From: Candidatus Melainabacteria bacterium 17Bon1m | GTDB taxonomy: Bacteria > Cyanobacteriota > Vampirovibrionia > Obscuribacterales > Obscuribacteraceae | Direction: 5' to 3' | Length of the DNA stretch: 64,000 nt | Assembly (NCBI GenBank): GCA_032128875.1 | Contig: JAVLKG010000001.1 | Span: forward strand, 160,001-224,000 | Shown: piece by piece, positions 37,026-47,300 of the stretch | Layout of the letters: every line of letters begins with the position of its first letter | Numbering within the stretch: position 1 is the first letter of the stretch | Notes under the pieces: generated by a model | Told to the model about the DNA's origin: nothing | Seen by the model: only the letters and a program-made list of their open reading frames with translations | Databases searched by the model: none | Translations under genes and position numbers: made by a program

Positions 37026-39665
37026 TTGAAATTCATTGCATTCCTTGTCGCGGCCTTCTTCACCATAAGTGTTTCCGCTGGCTTTGCGTCGGATGAATTT
37101 TGCGATGTGTATGTAGGCAACGATAAAGTATTCGCTGTTTCCAACACTAAAATTCTTTCCGCTGTTGAGCGTGGGCAGTTAGTCATGGACACCATCCAGG
37201 GTGTCATTGACGACGGGCAAGCCAATCTAGACGACCTGAATGTGAAGGTCGGTATGGACGGCGTTCCTGTCATTTACTTGAAGGACAAAGTTCTTTGCAG
37301 TGTGACAAAAGCCGATGCCGATGAAGCCGGAATGTCGCAAACAAATCTTGCGATTGATTGGTGCGAAAAGCTGCGCAGATACATAACTCACGCGAAGAAA
37401 AAGGAGCAGGAGAAAGCGAATGCCGATCAAGTAAAGGGTGCACAAGCTGGATCATCAACAGCCTCCGCAACTGGTGCTGCATCTATGTCTGGTTCTAAGT
37501 CACAGCCGAACCAGACAGCAGAGAAAAAGCCACACAACAGCAATAGTCTGAGCGAACATGCGGTATTGCTGCTCTTCATCGAAATCACTCTTCTGCTCTT
37601 CACTTCGCTGGTTTGTGGAGAGCTTTTTGTTCGCCTGGGTCAGCCGTCGATCATTGGTCAGATTTTTGCTGGTTTGCTTCTTGGACCAACGTTCTTTGGT
37701 GCCCTTTTTCCAGACCTCTCATCGCAGTTGTTTCCGCGCGACGGTTCTCAATCCAAATTGATTGAAGTTATCTCCTGGATTGGTGTTTCCTTCTTGCTTA
37801 TGTTGACCGGGATGGAAACCGACATTGCAAAACTCAAGAGGCTTGGAAAACCACTGATGTGTTTTGGCAGCGTCGGCTTGCTTGGTCCTCTAATTGTTGG
37901 TGGTTTACTTTCTCTTTTGCTTTCCGATCAGTTATTGGGAGAAGCTCAAAACAAGCTAGCGTTCGCCGTTTTTCTCGGCACCGTTTTTGCAGCGTCTTCC
38001 GTTCCTGTTGTAGCTAAAGTCCTTATGGACATGAAGATGCTTAAGCTCAGCGTTGGACAATTGATCATAGCCACCTCTCTTGCTCACGATCTTCTCTGCT
38101 GCTTGTTGCTCGCTGTGATCGTAGTCTTGTCTGGCTCTGCTGGTGAAGCGGGTAATCCTGTTCTTGTTGCATTCTTTGGCACGATTGCTTTCCTTGCCAT
38201 CATGTATTTCGGCAGACCTGTGTTTTTTACTTTACTGCGATGGGTCAATGACCACGTTTCAAATAGCGACGGGTTGATTACCAGTATGGTCGTTTTGTTG
38301 TTGGCCTGTGCTGCCGCAACGCAGGCGCTAGGTGTGCACATTGTGCTGGGAGCCTTTGCTGCTGGAGTAATTCTGTCGCAAACTCCAGTGGTTAACCACA
38401 AAGTGGTGCGCCCTCTTGAAATTGTAACCATGGCATTTTTCGCGCCAGTCTTTTTTGCATCGAGCGGGCTAAACGTCAATTTGAGTTCATTGCTTGAACC
38501 AAAACTTTGCATGATCACAGCCTTTCTTTCTCTCTCAACTATCATTGTGAAATTGGGCTCTTGCGTGGGTGCCGGAAGGCTTGCAGGTTATGGACTCTGG
38601 GAATCACTTTCAGTTGGCGTGGGTGCCAATACCAAAGGTTCACTGGGATTGATTTTAGCGATGCTCGGATTATCGCTCGAGATAATCAGCCAAGACATGT
38701 ACGCCGTCATCATTTTCATTGCGCTTTTCTCGACAGGTGTATCGGCGCCGCTCATGAAATACACGATGAGCAAAGTAAAAATTACTGATGAAGAAGTTGA
38801 ACGGATGCATCGTGAAGAGCGCCGATCACGCACCATACTTAGTAGCATTCGACGAGTGTTGTGGCCGACATCAGGTCGCGGAAGGAATGCTTTTATCGCG
38901 AACTTGTTGAACAGCATGGGTCAGTCGCAAGTTGTAGAAACGACTGCGTTGTGGGTCAAAGGCTCTAGCGAATCCACGGAGAGGCCCTTCTCTGGTATTA
39001 AGTCGGCAGTAGATAGAAGATTTGTCAGTGTATTTGAGAGCACAGTTCATTCACATGAGCCTCTGAAAGTAATTTCAGAAGAAGGTAATCGCGGTTACGA
39101 CTTAATTGTGATGGCGACTGATGAACCACCGGGTGATGCCGAGTATGTTTTCGGTCATCTTGTTGACGGTGTAATCCTCAATACTTCAACACGCGTCTTG
39201 GTTGTTTACGAGCCGGATTCTTCGACTCCGCGAGACATAAAAGAAGTGCTTATTCCTGTAAGCGGTGACGAACAATCTATTGCTGCTGCCGAGTTTGGAA
39301 TTTCACTCGCGAAATCTCTCAATGCGAAAGTCTTTTGTCTGTGCATTCAAGAGTCGGAAGCGAGCGATCTTTATAGTGAAGCGACACAAAGCGGAAAGGA
39401 AATTGAGCGCAATGTTAGCAACGAGGTTACTTCGACGTTGCAGGAGTTAGCGGATGCTCTCGATGTGGAATTCAAGTCGATTGTCATTCAAACAAGCGCA
39501 CATCCTGCACAGGCTGCAATTGTTACCGCGCAGCAACACGACATTGATCTGATTGTGCTCGGAGCCACGCCGAAAATAGGCAAGGGCCTGTTTTTCGGAC
39601 ACACGATTAACTTCGTTTTGCGCCATGCGCCTTGTGCAGTGGCAGTTTTGAAGCTGCAAGGATGA
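37026..39665 (+). CDS. CPA2 cation/H+ antiporter with N-terminal exported domain and C-terminal universal-stress-protein domains
   Basis: GQPSIIGQIFAGLLLGPT, GMETD, SSVPVVAKVLMD, LGAFAAG. C-terminal VLIPVSG...DLIVLG...HAPCAVAV. Confidence 0.88.
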   Translation: MKFIAFLVAAFFTISVSAGFASDEFCDVYVGNDKVFAVSNTKILSAVERGQLVMDTIQGVIDDGQANLDDLNVKVGMDGVPVIYLKDKVLCSVTKADADEAGMSQTNLAIDWCEKLRRYITHAKKKEQEKANADQVKGAQAGSSTASATGAASMSGSKSQPNQTAEKKPHNSNSLSEHAVLLLFIEITLLLFTSLVCGELFVRLGQPSIIGQIFAGLLLGPTFFGALFPDLSSQLFPRDGSQSKLIEVISWIGVSFLLMLTGMETDIAKLKRLGKPLMCFGSVGLLGPLIVGGLLSLLLSDQLLGEAQNKLAFAVFLGTVFAASSVPVVAKVLMDMKMLKLSVGQLIIATSLAHDLLCCLLLAVIVVLSGSAGEAGNPVLVAFFGTIAFLAIMYFGRPVFFTLLRWVNDHVSNSDGLITSMVVLLLACAAATQALGVHIVLGAFAAGVILSQTPVVNHKVVRPLEIVTMAFFAPVFFASSGLNVNLSSLLEPKLCMITAFLSLSTIIVKLGSCVGAGRLAGYGLWESLSVGVGANTKGSLGLILAMLGLSLEIISQDMYAVIIFIALFSTGVSAPLMKYTMSKVKITDEEVERMHREERRSRTILSSIRRVLWPTSGRGRNAFIANLLNSMGQSQVVETTALWVKGSSESTERPFSGIKSAVDRRFVSVFESTVHSHEPLKVISEEGNRGYDLIVMATDEPPGDAEYVFGHLVDGVILNTSTRVLVVYEPDSSTPRDIKEVLIPVSGDEQSIAAAEFGISLAKSLNAKVFCLCIQESEASDLYSEATQSGKEIERNVSNEVTSTLQELADALDVEFKSIVIQTSAHPAQAAIVTAQQHDIDLIVLGATPKIGKGLFFGHTINFVLRHAPCAVAVLKLQG

Positions 39666-39893
39666 GACGGAACATACCCCATATCCGTAGCGTCTCAGGT
39701 TCGTATGTGTTTCCCTTGTGAACCGCTAACTACGTCAGCAGTTGGGCGCAAGCAGAAACAACCTTGAATTATTCGATCACCCGAAATTAGTCTGAATTTG
39801 TTCTAAAATTAGGCACCGAGATTTTGATGTCAGTAGTGGCAACTATTGGCACGCTCATTCGTCATGCCAGAGGCAAAAAGGAGAAATCAATAT

Positions 39894-41327
39894 ATGTGGA
39901 AAAAGCTATTTGCATTGGCTGTGACGCTACCAATGACGATTACTATCGCCTCGGCCCAGGCTGCTCAAGATGCAGACATTGCCGCGTATTCTCAGGATTT
40001 GGCGCGGCGTATTGAGCTTGGTCGTCAGTCAGGTCAATTGACTCAAGCTAACTACAATTCTGTCCAATCTATCTATAACAATGTCGAGACGATTCGTCGA
40101 GGTCTAGGCAATCGACCTATGAATCCAATGATTCGCACGAACATGATGACGTCGCTTACCAATCTCGACAAACAGCTCACCGGCTTTTTGAAAGATGACG
40201 TCAACTCGCGTTATCAAATGTGGGATCCATCAAGAAGATCGTGGCGCAACAACTGGTGGCAAGGAAATAACTCTGGCGCCAATAATTTCAGTCAAGAAAT
40301 TGATGCATATCAAAACAGTTTGAAACAGCGCATTGATCAAGGTCGTACTTCCGGTCGCATCACTCGTTCTGAACTTGCACAGCTGACTACAGCCTACGAC
40401 AACATCGACAGGGCACAACAGCAATACCGAATTGGTGGCTTTAGTTCATACGAGCGCAATTCGCTTATGTCGATGCTCACTTCGCTTGATAAAAACATCA
40501 CAACGCAAATGCATGATGATGAAAATTCTCACTATCGTCACTGGAATCCGAACGGAAACAGTTGGAAAGATAGCTGGTGGAAGAGAACAGGAGCGGGAAA
40601 TCCAAGCACTCCTAATTTCCCAGGCAATCGTCCTGGCGATGGTCGTCCGGGTGATGGTCGTCCTGGCTGGGGTAACCGTGATGATCGTGATCAGGGCAAT
40701 TGGAATCGTGGCGATCAGAGCAAACCAGATTGGAATCGTGGCGATCAGAACAAGCCTGAATGGAATCGCAACAACAATGATCGCCCAGATTGGAATCGAG
40801 GCAGCAACGATCGTCCAGATTGGAATCGCGATGGTCGCAGAGACGATCACAAACCTGACTGGAATCGTGGAAATAACGATCGCCCAGATTGGAATCGCCA
40901 TGATGCGAATCGCCCGGGCACAAGCTCTACGCCCAGCACTACTCCTCCAGTAACCAGTCCTCCAGTAGTGAATACTCCTCCTCAGAACAATCAGCCAAGC
41001 ACGGGCGGCGCACGTCCAGGCGGCAATTCTCCTAGCAACGGAAGCGCTCAGTCGGGAGGTTCGTCGTCTGGTTCGGGCGGCACTACTCCTGGCACTGGCA
41101 ACAACCCCCCATCGAGCACTCCACCATCGAGCACACCACCATCGAACACACCGTCTGCAGGTGGAACACCGCCAGCGGGAGGTAGTTCACCAAGTACCGG
41201 TAGCGGTACGTCTGGCGGACGCGGAAGCTGGGGTGGTGGCGACAGAAGCGGCGGTTATAGACCCGGTGGCGATCGAGAAGGTGGTCGCAATTGGGGTGGT
41301 TCTGGCGGCACCCGCCCACAGAACTAA
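39894..41327 (+). CDS. Secreted protein with duplicated helical domain, WNR decapeptide repeats and Gly/Ser/Pro tail
   Basis: Signal peptide MWKKLFALAV...AQA, two similar ~95-aa domains, and TGGAATCG recurring about every 30 nt. Confidence 0.75.
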   Translation: MWKKLFALAVTLPMTITIASAQAAQDADIAAYSQDLARRIELGRQSGQLTQANYNSVQSIYNNVETIRRGLGNRPMNPMIRTNMMTSLTNLDKQLTGFLKDDVNSRYQMWDPSRRSWRNNWWQGNNSGANNFSQEIDAYQNSLKQRIDQGRTSGRITRSELAQLTTAYDNIDRAQQQYRIGGFSSYERNSLMSMLTSLDKNITTQMHDDENSHYRHWNPNGNSWKDSWWKRTGAGNPSTPNFPGNRPGDGRPGDGRPGWGNRDDRDQGNWNRGDQSKPDWNRGDQNKPEWNRNNNDRPDWNRGSNDRPDWNRDGRRDDHKPDWNRGNNDRPDWNRHDANRPGTSSTPSTTPPVTSPPVVNTPPQNNQPSTGGARPGGNSPSNGSAQSGGSSSGSGGTTPGTGNNPPSSTPPSSTPPSNTPSAGGTPPAGGSSPSTGSGTSGGRGSWGGGDRSGGYRPGGDREGGRNWGGSGGTRPQN

Positions 41328-41359
41328 TCTATATATAAGAACAAGAATATAGGATACTT

Positions 41360-41390
41360 AGGGAGTCCGAGTTTCGGGCTCCCTTTTACT
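41360..41390 (+). terminator. Intrinsic terminator
   Basis: AGGGAGTCCGA-gtt-TCGGGCTCCCT followed by TTTACT. Confidence 0.8.
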
Positions 41391-41426
41391 TGCGCGGAAA
41401 ATCTTCAACAGCGGTGCGCTTTCAAA

Positions 41427-42152
41427 ATGCCCGACAATCACTACGAAAATCCAAAACTAGCTGCTATTTACGATTTCGACAGTGGCTGGTCTGTCGACCG
41501 AGATTTCTATCTCTCCCTGGCTACTGATGCGCCGCAGAAGATACTTGATTTAGGCTGTGGCACTGGGCTCCTCTGTGATGCGTATGCTGCTAAAGGAAAT
41601 GACGTGACTGGTGTCGATCCATCTGCCGCGATGCTTGATGTTGCGCGCCGTAAACCGCATGGTGGCAAGATTCAGTGGGTGCAATCGTTTTCTCAAACAT
41701 TTGAGTCGGATGAAACATTTGATCTGATCATAATGACCGGACACGCTTTTCAGGTGCTAATTGAGGATGAAGATATTCGAGCAACGTTTAATACGATCAA
41801 GAAACTCTTAAGTGCTGAAGGATCCTTTGTGTTCGAGTCAAGAAATCCGGCTATTAAGTGGGCGAGCCAGTGGGACTACGAAATGGATCTGAAATTAACT
41901 GGCCAGACAGTTAGAGAATCGAGAAAGTTTCTCGCGCAAAACGGGGAACGAATGTCGTTTGAATTGAAGTATGAGTTTCCCGATGAAACTTTGACTTCGA
42001 AAAGCGAACTTCGCTTTAGTAATCACAAAGTGATTGAGCAACTGTTAAGTGAAGCTGGTCTTCGTGTTGAGAAATTGCTTGGCGATTGGTCGGGTGGAGC
42101 GTTTAATGAAATGACTTCTGAGGAGATGATTTTCGTGGTCAAACGGGCTTAG
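41427..42152 (+). CDS. Class I SAM-dependent methyltransferase
   Basis: ILDLGCGTG, GVDPSAAML, FDLIIMTGHAFQ. Confidence 0.92.
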   Translation: MPDNHYENPKLAAIYDFDSGWSVDRDFYLSLATDAPQKILDLGCGTGLLCDAYAAKGNDVTGVDPSAAMLDVARRKPHGGKIQWVQSFSQTFESDETFDLIIMTGHAFQVLIEDEDIRATFNTIKKLLSAEGSFVFESRNPAIKWASQWDYEMDLKLTGQTVRESRKFLAQNGERMSFELKYEFPDETLTSKSELRFSNHKVIEQLLSEAGLRVEKLLGDWSGGAFNEMTSEEMIFVVKRA

Positions 42153-42505
42153 GACGCTGTCGTTGTTGCTGGCTTGTATCTCTTGTGTTATCGGGGTTGT
42201 GGGGCTTCTGCGTCTGATTAAAGGGGGGCTGCGCTTATAAGTTTGCGCGTTTACACATTCCCCCCGAAGCGGGCTAACCATATACTCTCAATTACCCACG
42301 AACGGCAACAAATTTGACCAGCATTGCCGCCAACTCAGAGGGCGTTTCCACCAACCAGCCCGGTGGAAATCCCCCTGAATGGATAGAGCAATCTGCAGTA
42401 GTTTCCACCCCAGCGAAACGACCAAAATCTTGTTGATGCCTCTTTCTTCCCGCACAACATTTGTTGTGCTTCACCATGTGCTGCCTGTGCACAAAGGAGT
42501 TAATT

Positions 42506-43177
42506 ATGAGTTACCACGGACATCGCGCAGAACAACTCTCGAAAGTCGGAGGACAAGGACAGCCACTTGAACAAAGTGATCCTAAAGGTGCTTTCGGCTC
42601 ACCTTCTGAAGCTTCGTTCAACGAGGTCTATCACGAACGCATGAAGAAAATTGGTGGTAGCACCGGTGGTGAATTGAAGCAATTTGGCTCTAACAGTGAG
42701 AGCGAAGCACAACTTGGAATTCCAGCAGGAGTGGAAGGACAAATGAAGCTGAAGCAGATGGAACTTGGACCCGGTGGTGGTGGCAAGCCTGCATTGAAAG
42801 ATCTTGGTGCAGAAGGCAATGAGGGGCATGCGATTGCGAACAAGATTGAATTTGGCAAGACGTTGGAAGACGCTGCCTATTCGAAAAAAATGGCAGAGAA
42901 ATTATGTGAACTGAAGCAGGGTGGTGGCGAAGCGTATGGAAAGAAAGCGTTAGAAAGCGAAAGTGGCTCATGGAGAGGTGTCGTTTCTGGTATCGAGGCG
43001 GGCCTCGGTTTGGCGCTCGGACCAGCAGGAATTCCTCTGATGCTTGACGCTCAAGCACGCATGTATCGCGACAGTATGAGTGCCTCGAAATCTGGCTACG
43101 GTGAATCGAACAGCATTCGACGTGACATGATTCAACGCGGCAAGATGCTTAAGAGCTGGAAGCCCAGCGACGAATAG
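42506..43177 (+). CDS. Hypothetical Gly/Glu/Lys-rich protein with Gly-zipper-like hydrophobic segment
   Basis: AAGGAG SD before ATG 42506; GVVSGIEAGLGLALGPAGIPLML. Confidence 0.7.
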   Translation: MSYHGHRAEQLSKVGGQGQPLEQSDPKGAFGSPSEASFNEVYHERMKKIGGSTGGELKQFGSNSESEAQLGIPAGVEGQMKLKQMELGPGGGGKPALKDLGAEGNEGHAIANKIEFGKTLEDAAYSKKMAEKLCELKQGGGEAYGKKALESESGSWRGVVSGIEAGLGLALGPAGIPLMLDAQARMYRDSMSASKSGYGESNSIRRDMIQRGKMLKSWKPSDE

Positions 43178-43215
43178 GAGTCGACGATAACAGTTGGGAG
43201 TTTGGTTGAGAACGC

Positions 43216-43250
43216 AAAAGACCGTAGGCTTGTGGGAAGCCTGCGGTCTT
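43216..43250. terminator. Probable bidirectional terminator between convergent genes
   Basis: AAGACCGTAGGCTT-gtggg-AAGCCTGCGGTCTT, with an A-run on the 5' side. Confidence 0.75.
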
Positions 43251-43259
43251 GCCCTTTAT

Positions 43260-44108
43260 CTATTTCTCTTTTCCAGCCGCGTCTTTTGTTGCTGATTTCA
43301 TTTCTGTGCCTTGCTCGGCAGCTTTTAGATCTGGCTCGGACATAGCATTGAAATCGTATTCCACTTCGGCTGCTGCTGCTGACAATTTCGCTTGAGGGAG
43401 ATATTTCTTGACCAGTTTTTTTGTCTTGCTGTCAAACAAATAGATCTCCTTAGAATCTTTGCCTGCTGCTGCTTTTGATTGGTCAGTTGATTGGACTGTG
43501 AAGAAATAGTTCTCTCCATCGAAGTACCATTTGTCCACGACTGGAGGCACCTCTTTTCCCTTTTCGTTGGTTGCAAAAATGGTGGCACCTTTCTGCAAAT
43601 CAAAAACAAGCAAACCCGCGGGAGCATCACATTCGTGCGTGCTGAAGAGAAGTTTTTTATCCTTGCTTGTAAAGAAACTTCCCCCTGGCAAATTCCAGTA
43701 TTTGCCAGCGTTATTGACTAGCAGAAGTCGTCCGTCATAGTCACCGAGTTTGACTATTCCGCGATAATTATCAGATATCGGCTTCTTTGGAAAGTAGAGA
43801 CCGCAAGGACCGCCAAGTCCGTTGATATCGTTGAAGTACTCGCTGTTCACTTTCTTTCCATCGTTGGTAATGGTCACCCATGCTCGACAGTAACGTGGAT
43901 TTGAGTGCTTTTCATTCAGTCGCTTTACTTGCAATGCTTCCACAGACACTTTGCTATTTGGCACTGATATCGTGAATGTTTTTGCCGAACTTTCGGGATA
44001 GTCTGCTGGCTGAAATGGTTTTGCGAAAACTTCGATCGGCGGTACAGCAAACTGAAGGATAAATGAAGCAACTGCAATCGAAGACAATTTAGACAATTCG
44101 ATTTTCAT
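43260..44108 (-). CDS. Exported beta-rich hypothetical protein
   Basis: Signal-like N-terminus, short aromatic beta-strand segments and three Cys. Confidence 0.7.
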   Translation of the reverse strand: MKIELSKLSSIAVASFILQFAVPPIEVFAKPFQPADYPESSAKTFTISVPNSKVSVEALQVKRLNEKHSNPRYCRAWVTITNDGKKVNSEYFNDINGLGGPCGLYFPKKPISDNYRGIVKLGDYDGRLLLVNNAGKYWNLPGGSFFTSKDKKLLFSTHECDAPAGLLVFDLQKGATIFATNEKGKEVPPVVDKWYFDGENYFFTVQSTDQSKAAAGKDSKEIYLFDSKTKKLVKKYLPQAKLSAAAAEVEYDFNAMSEPDLKAAEQGTEMKSATKDAAGKEK

Positions 44109-44281
44109 TGCTTCTTTTCCGCCTGCAATCTTTCGATTTCCTTTTCGAGCTCAGCATATTCGCGCGAAAATTCATCTGGTAGTGGTTGGCCCGCTTGCGC
44201 ATGAGCCATTGCGGCATATTGCATTTCGTTTTGTTTCTTCAGCATTTCCTGAAGCGTTCTTGGTTTTGGTGTGGATTGCAT
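44105..44281 (-). CDS. Unannotated 58-aa helical protein, candidate immunity or partner protein
   Basis: GAGG SD. Sequence MQSTPKPRTLQEMLKKQNEMQYAAMAHAQAGQPLPDEFSREYAELEKEIERLQAEKKQ*. Its stop overlaps the next start (ATGA). Too short for the ORF track. Confidence 0.75.
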   Translation of the reverse strand: MQSTPKPRTLQEMLKKQNEMQYAAMAHAQAGQPLPDEFSREYAELEKEIERLQAEKKQ

Positions 44282-44324
44282 CTCACTGACCTCAATGTGT
44301 TAAAGAATCGCGCTGACATGGCGC

Positions 44325-47300
44325 TTATCGTGCCGGCACCACTGGTTGATAATCGGGTGCGGCGTCTCCGGCAACGCGCTGTTCTTTTCTGAGTTCGGCA
44401 GCATACCTGTCTCTAATCTCTTGCGCCAGCTTGAACTCTCGAATCTGCTGTTCGTTAAGTCCGCGATATCGGTTTGCCGGAGCTTCATAGAATGCCTTTT
44501 CCTCCGCACTCCGTGCGCCGGCTGGTTTCATGTGGATATCCCACCACCTTTGTTCGTAGTCTGGATACTTGACGTTATCCGGTTGCACTACGACCCTTCC
44601 GTTCGGACCAATTAATGGTTTTCCTGCGGCATCTAGCTGTGGCTTACCCGTCCAGCCTGGTATCACTGGCAGTTCTTGATTGTCTGGAATGCCAAGTTTT
44701 TCTCGCAGCCATTTATCAACTCTCGCCTGTGCTTTGACCGCTGACTCTTCTGCATCAAAAGCAGCAGCGCGTGCGATTTTTAAACCATCGGGAGAAGCGA
44801 CGTTTGCAAAGTCGTTGAAGCTATCTCTCCATGACTGTTGAGAGGAATTGGGTGGGGCACCAGCAGCTCTTTCTGGATTTTCAAATCTGAAGTTGCCGTC
44901 CTTGAAAAATGGCCCGGTCTCTGGTCCGCGAATCTGAATGATTTTACTCAATCCACCAGGAGTCGCGTAATTGTCGATGCCGTCTCCGTCTATAAGCGCA
45001 CGCGACATTTTGTACCAAGGAGTGTTTTCGCTTGGCACAAACCAATTATCTGCACCAGTGCGTTTGAGCATTTCGCGCTCCGCATCCGACAACTGAAGTA
45101 CTTTTCCACCCCCCGGTCCATCGACTGTTGGTGACTTGAATGGGTCGGACATCTTCTTGAGCAGTGAGGTGAGAACCCCATTCTCCTCTTCAGTGAGTGC
45201 ACGTCCGAAGCTTCTTCTGATTGCTCCTCCGTAAATCATAGCCATAAATGCCGGTGGTGCAATCTGGTGTTCTCGAATTGCGTGCAAAATGCCGTCCAAT
45301 CTTTCTTGAGTGAACTCGCCGCCGAGCTTGTTTCTTAATATATGTTCTGCGGCCAATTCGCCGTCTACGTGGTGCGTTGTGAAGTTTGCTTTGGTTTTAA
45401 TCGAATCGGAGAACATCGAAGCAAGCAAAGCATCCTCAGTCTGCTGTGGCGTCAAACCAGCCGCCTTCGCCGAGTCTATAACACGACCGAGTTCGCCTTG
45501 CGTGTGGATCCAGTTGACGGGTTGATCTATATCTGTCGCGAAAGTGCGGGCATAGTGTTCGCGAACTTCGCCTAGCGAATCAATTACTCGCTGCTGTTGT
45601 TCTGGAGACAACCCTGATTTTTCCAGTTTGGAGAGAACACTTTCACCGCTCGATGCTTTCACTTGCGCCAATTCAGTGCGAACCTGAGCACGAACAGCCT
45701 CAACGTTTTGGGGCTCGACTCGCGGCCAGTCGTTTTCTAGAATGTTGCCTTTACTATCTAGGACTTGCCCTTTCTCGTTGACATTACGTTCGAAGCCTTC
45801 TCTTCGTGTATTCTCACGTGGAGTTCTTACTTCTGAGCCCACCGGAGCAGTTTCACGACCTTCAGGGGGCGCTGGTCTCTGTTGATCTGCGGGTTTCTGA
45901 GACTCACCTGGTTTCTGCGCAGCACCAGGTTTCTGTAGCTCTTCTGGTCTTGCACTGTCAGACTTACGTCGACGATCAACCTTCGGTGTTTCTTCTCCTG
46001 GTCTGGCTGTCGGACGAACTCCTCCATCACCTTGCGCCGCAGCCGTTCTTGCATTGGCAGTAAGTTCTCTGCCTGCTACTTCTTCTCCTTCGCGAGCACC
46101 GCGTACAAGATCTCTTGCTCGTCCTAGCCCGGTGGTTGCACTGCTCAGTCCGCCACCAATGATGGCGCCGCCTACTGCTAGCTCACCGCTGCGTTGGGCG
46201 ATGTGGGCGAGGTTTTCTGCAACTGTTTTGCGCGAATCCCACTCGGCAGCGCCTTCCCCTGCCCCAGTCAGTCCGCCACCGGCTGCGCCACCACTAGCGT
46301 TTAGTCCGATATGGGTTGCATGTCTGACTATGCCACTGGCTAATTGTTCAGACACATTTTTTTGAAGGCTATCAGCCAACTGCTTAACCGCTTGCTCGCG
46401 GGCTTCACCTGTCAGTTCTGATGAAACCACCCGATTGGCGAGTGCAGTGAAATCTGAAGGATTCAAAGCCTTGGCACCACTTGCAAGAGTGTTTTGAACA
46501 ATCTCGCGAGTGCCGGTTTCAATTACTTGTTTTCCACCTTGAACCAGAACCTGTTCGCCGGTCTCCGCCAGCGCAATTCCTGCGGCTCTTGTCGCCGCTG
46601 CTTTTCCGATGCCGAAGACCGCGGCTATTTGTCCTGGTCCAATTACCGATGTTGCTGCCGTCAATGAGCCGATGCTTGCGTCATAGCCAACTTGTCCCAA
46701 GCTCAAATCATAATTGTTGCCTTGGATCGCCGCATTGGTTCCGACCTTGATACCGGCACCAGCAAACGCTAATCCGATAACGAGTGGTGCGTCTGCGCCA
46801 CCAGTAATAATCATGCTTCCGATTGCCGCCGTAATGATGGCACCATCCGCGACATAGTTCGCTGCAGCCCTCTTTGATTCCACTGCATTCTCCGTTGCTG
46901 TATTTTGAAATCCAATAGCTTCCGATACTTGTGCCGCTAATCTTTGCTGCACTGCTTGAATCTGCTCTGGTGACATTCGATTAGCGATTTCACTGCCCGC
47001 TGCAATAGCCGCAGTTAATTGATTCTGCTCTGCAATCGCTCGGTTGGTTTGTTCCATTGCATCATCGGCTTGCTCGCCTGTGCCGCTGCGGAAGACGCTA
47101 TCTGATAGTGCGGCACCAATTCCACTGCGCGCGTTTTGCGTCTGTGTTCTTGCAATATTGGTTCTGTCTTCTACCGATAAGTTTTGCGCAAGGACGCGTT
47201 CTGCAATATCTTGATCTTGCCCACCCAATTTTTCCATGAGGTCGCCGGCGAGGCTGCTGCCATATTTTGCAGCGTAGTCAGATTTTACTCGCGCAAGATC

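Noticed and set aside
39846-39861. sigma54 promoter TGGCACG...
   Set aside because: The -12 position reads TTCG rather than TTGC, so the GG-N10-GC rule fails.
40432-40953. Alternative-frame ORFs with IGIVAI or DSNL repeats
   Set aside because: These are frame and strand shadows of the WNR repeat region.
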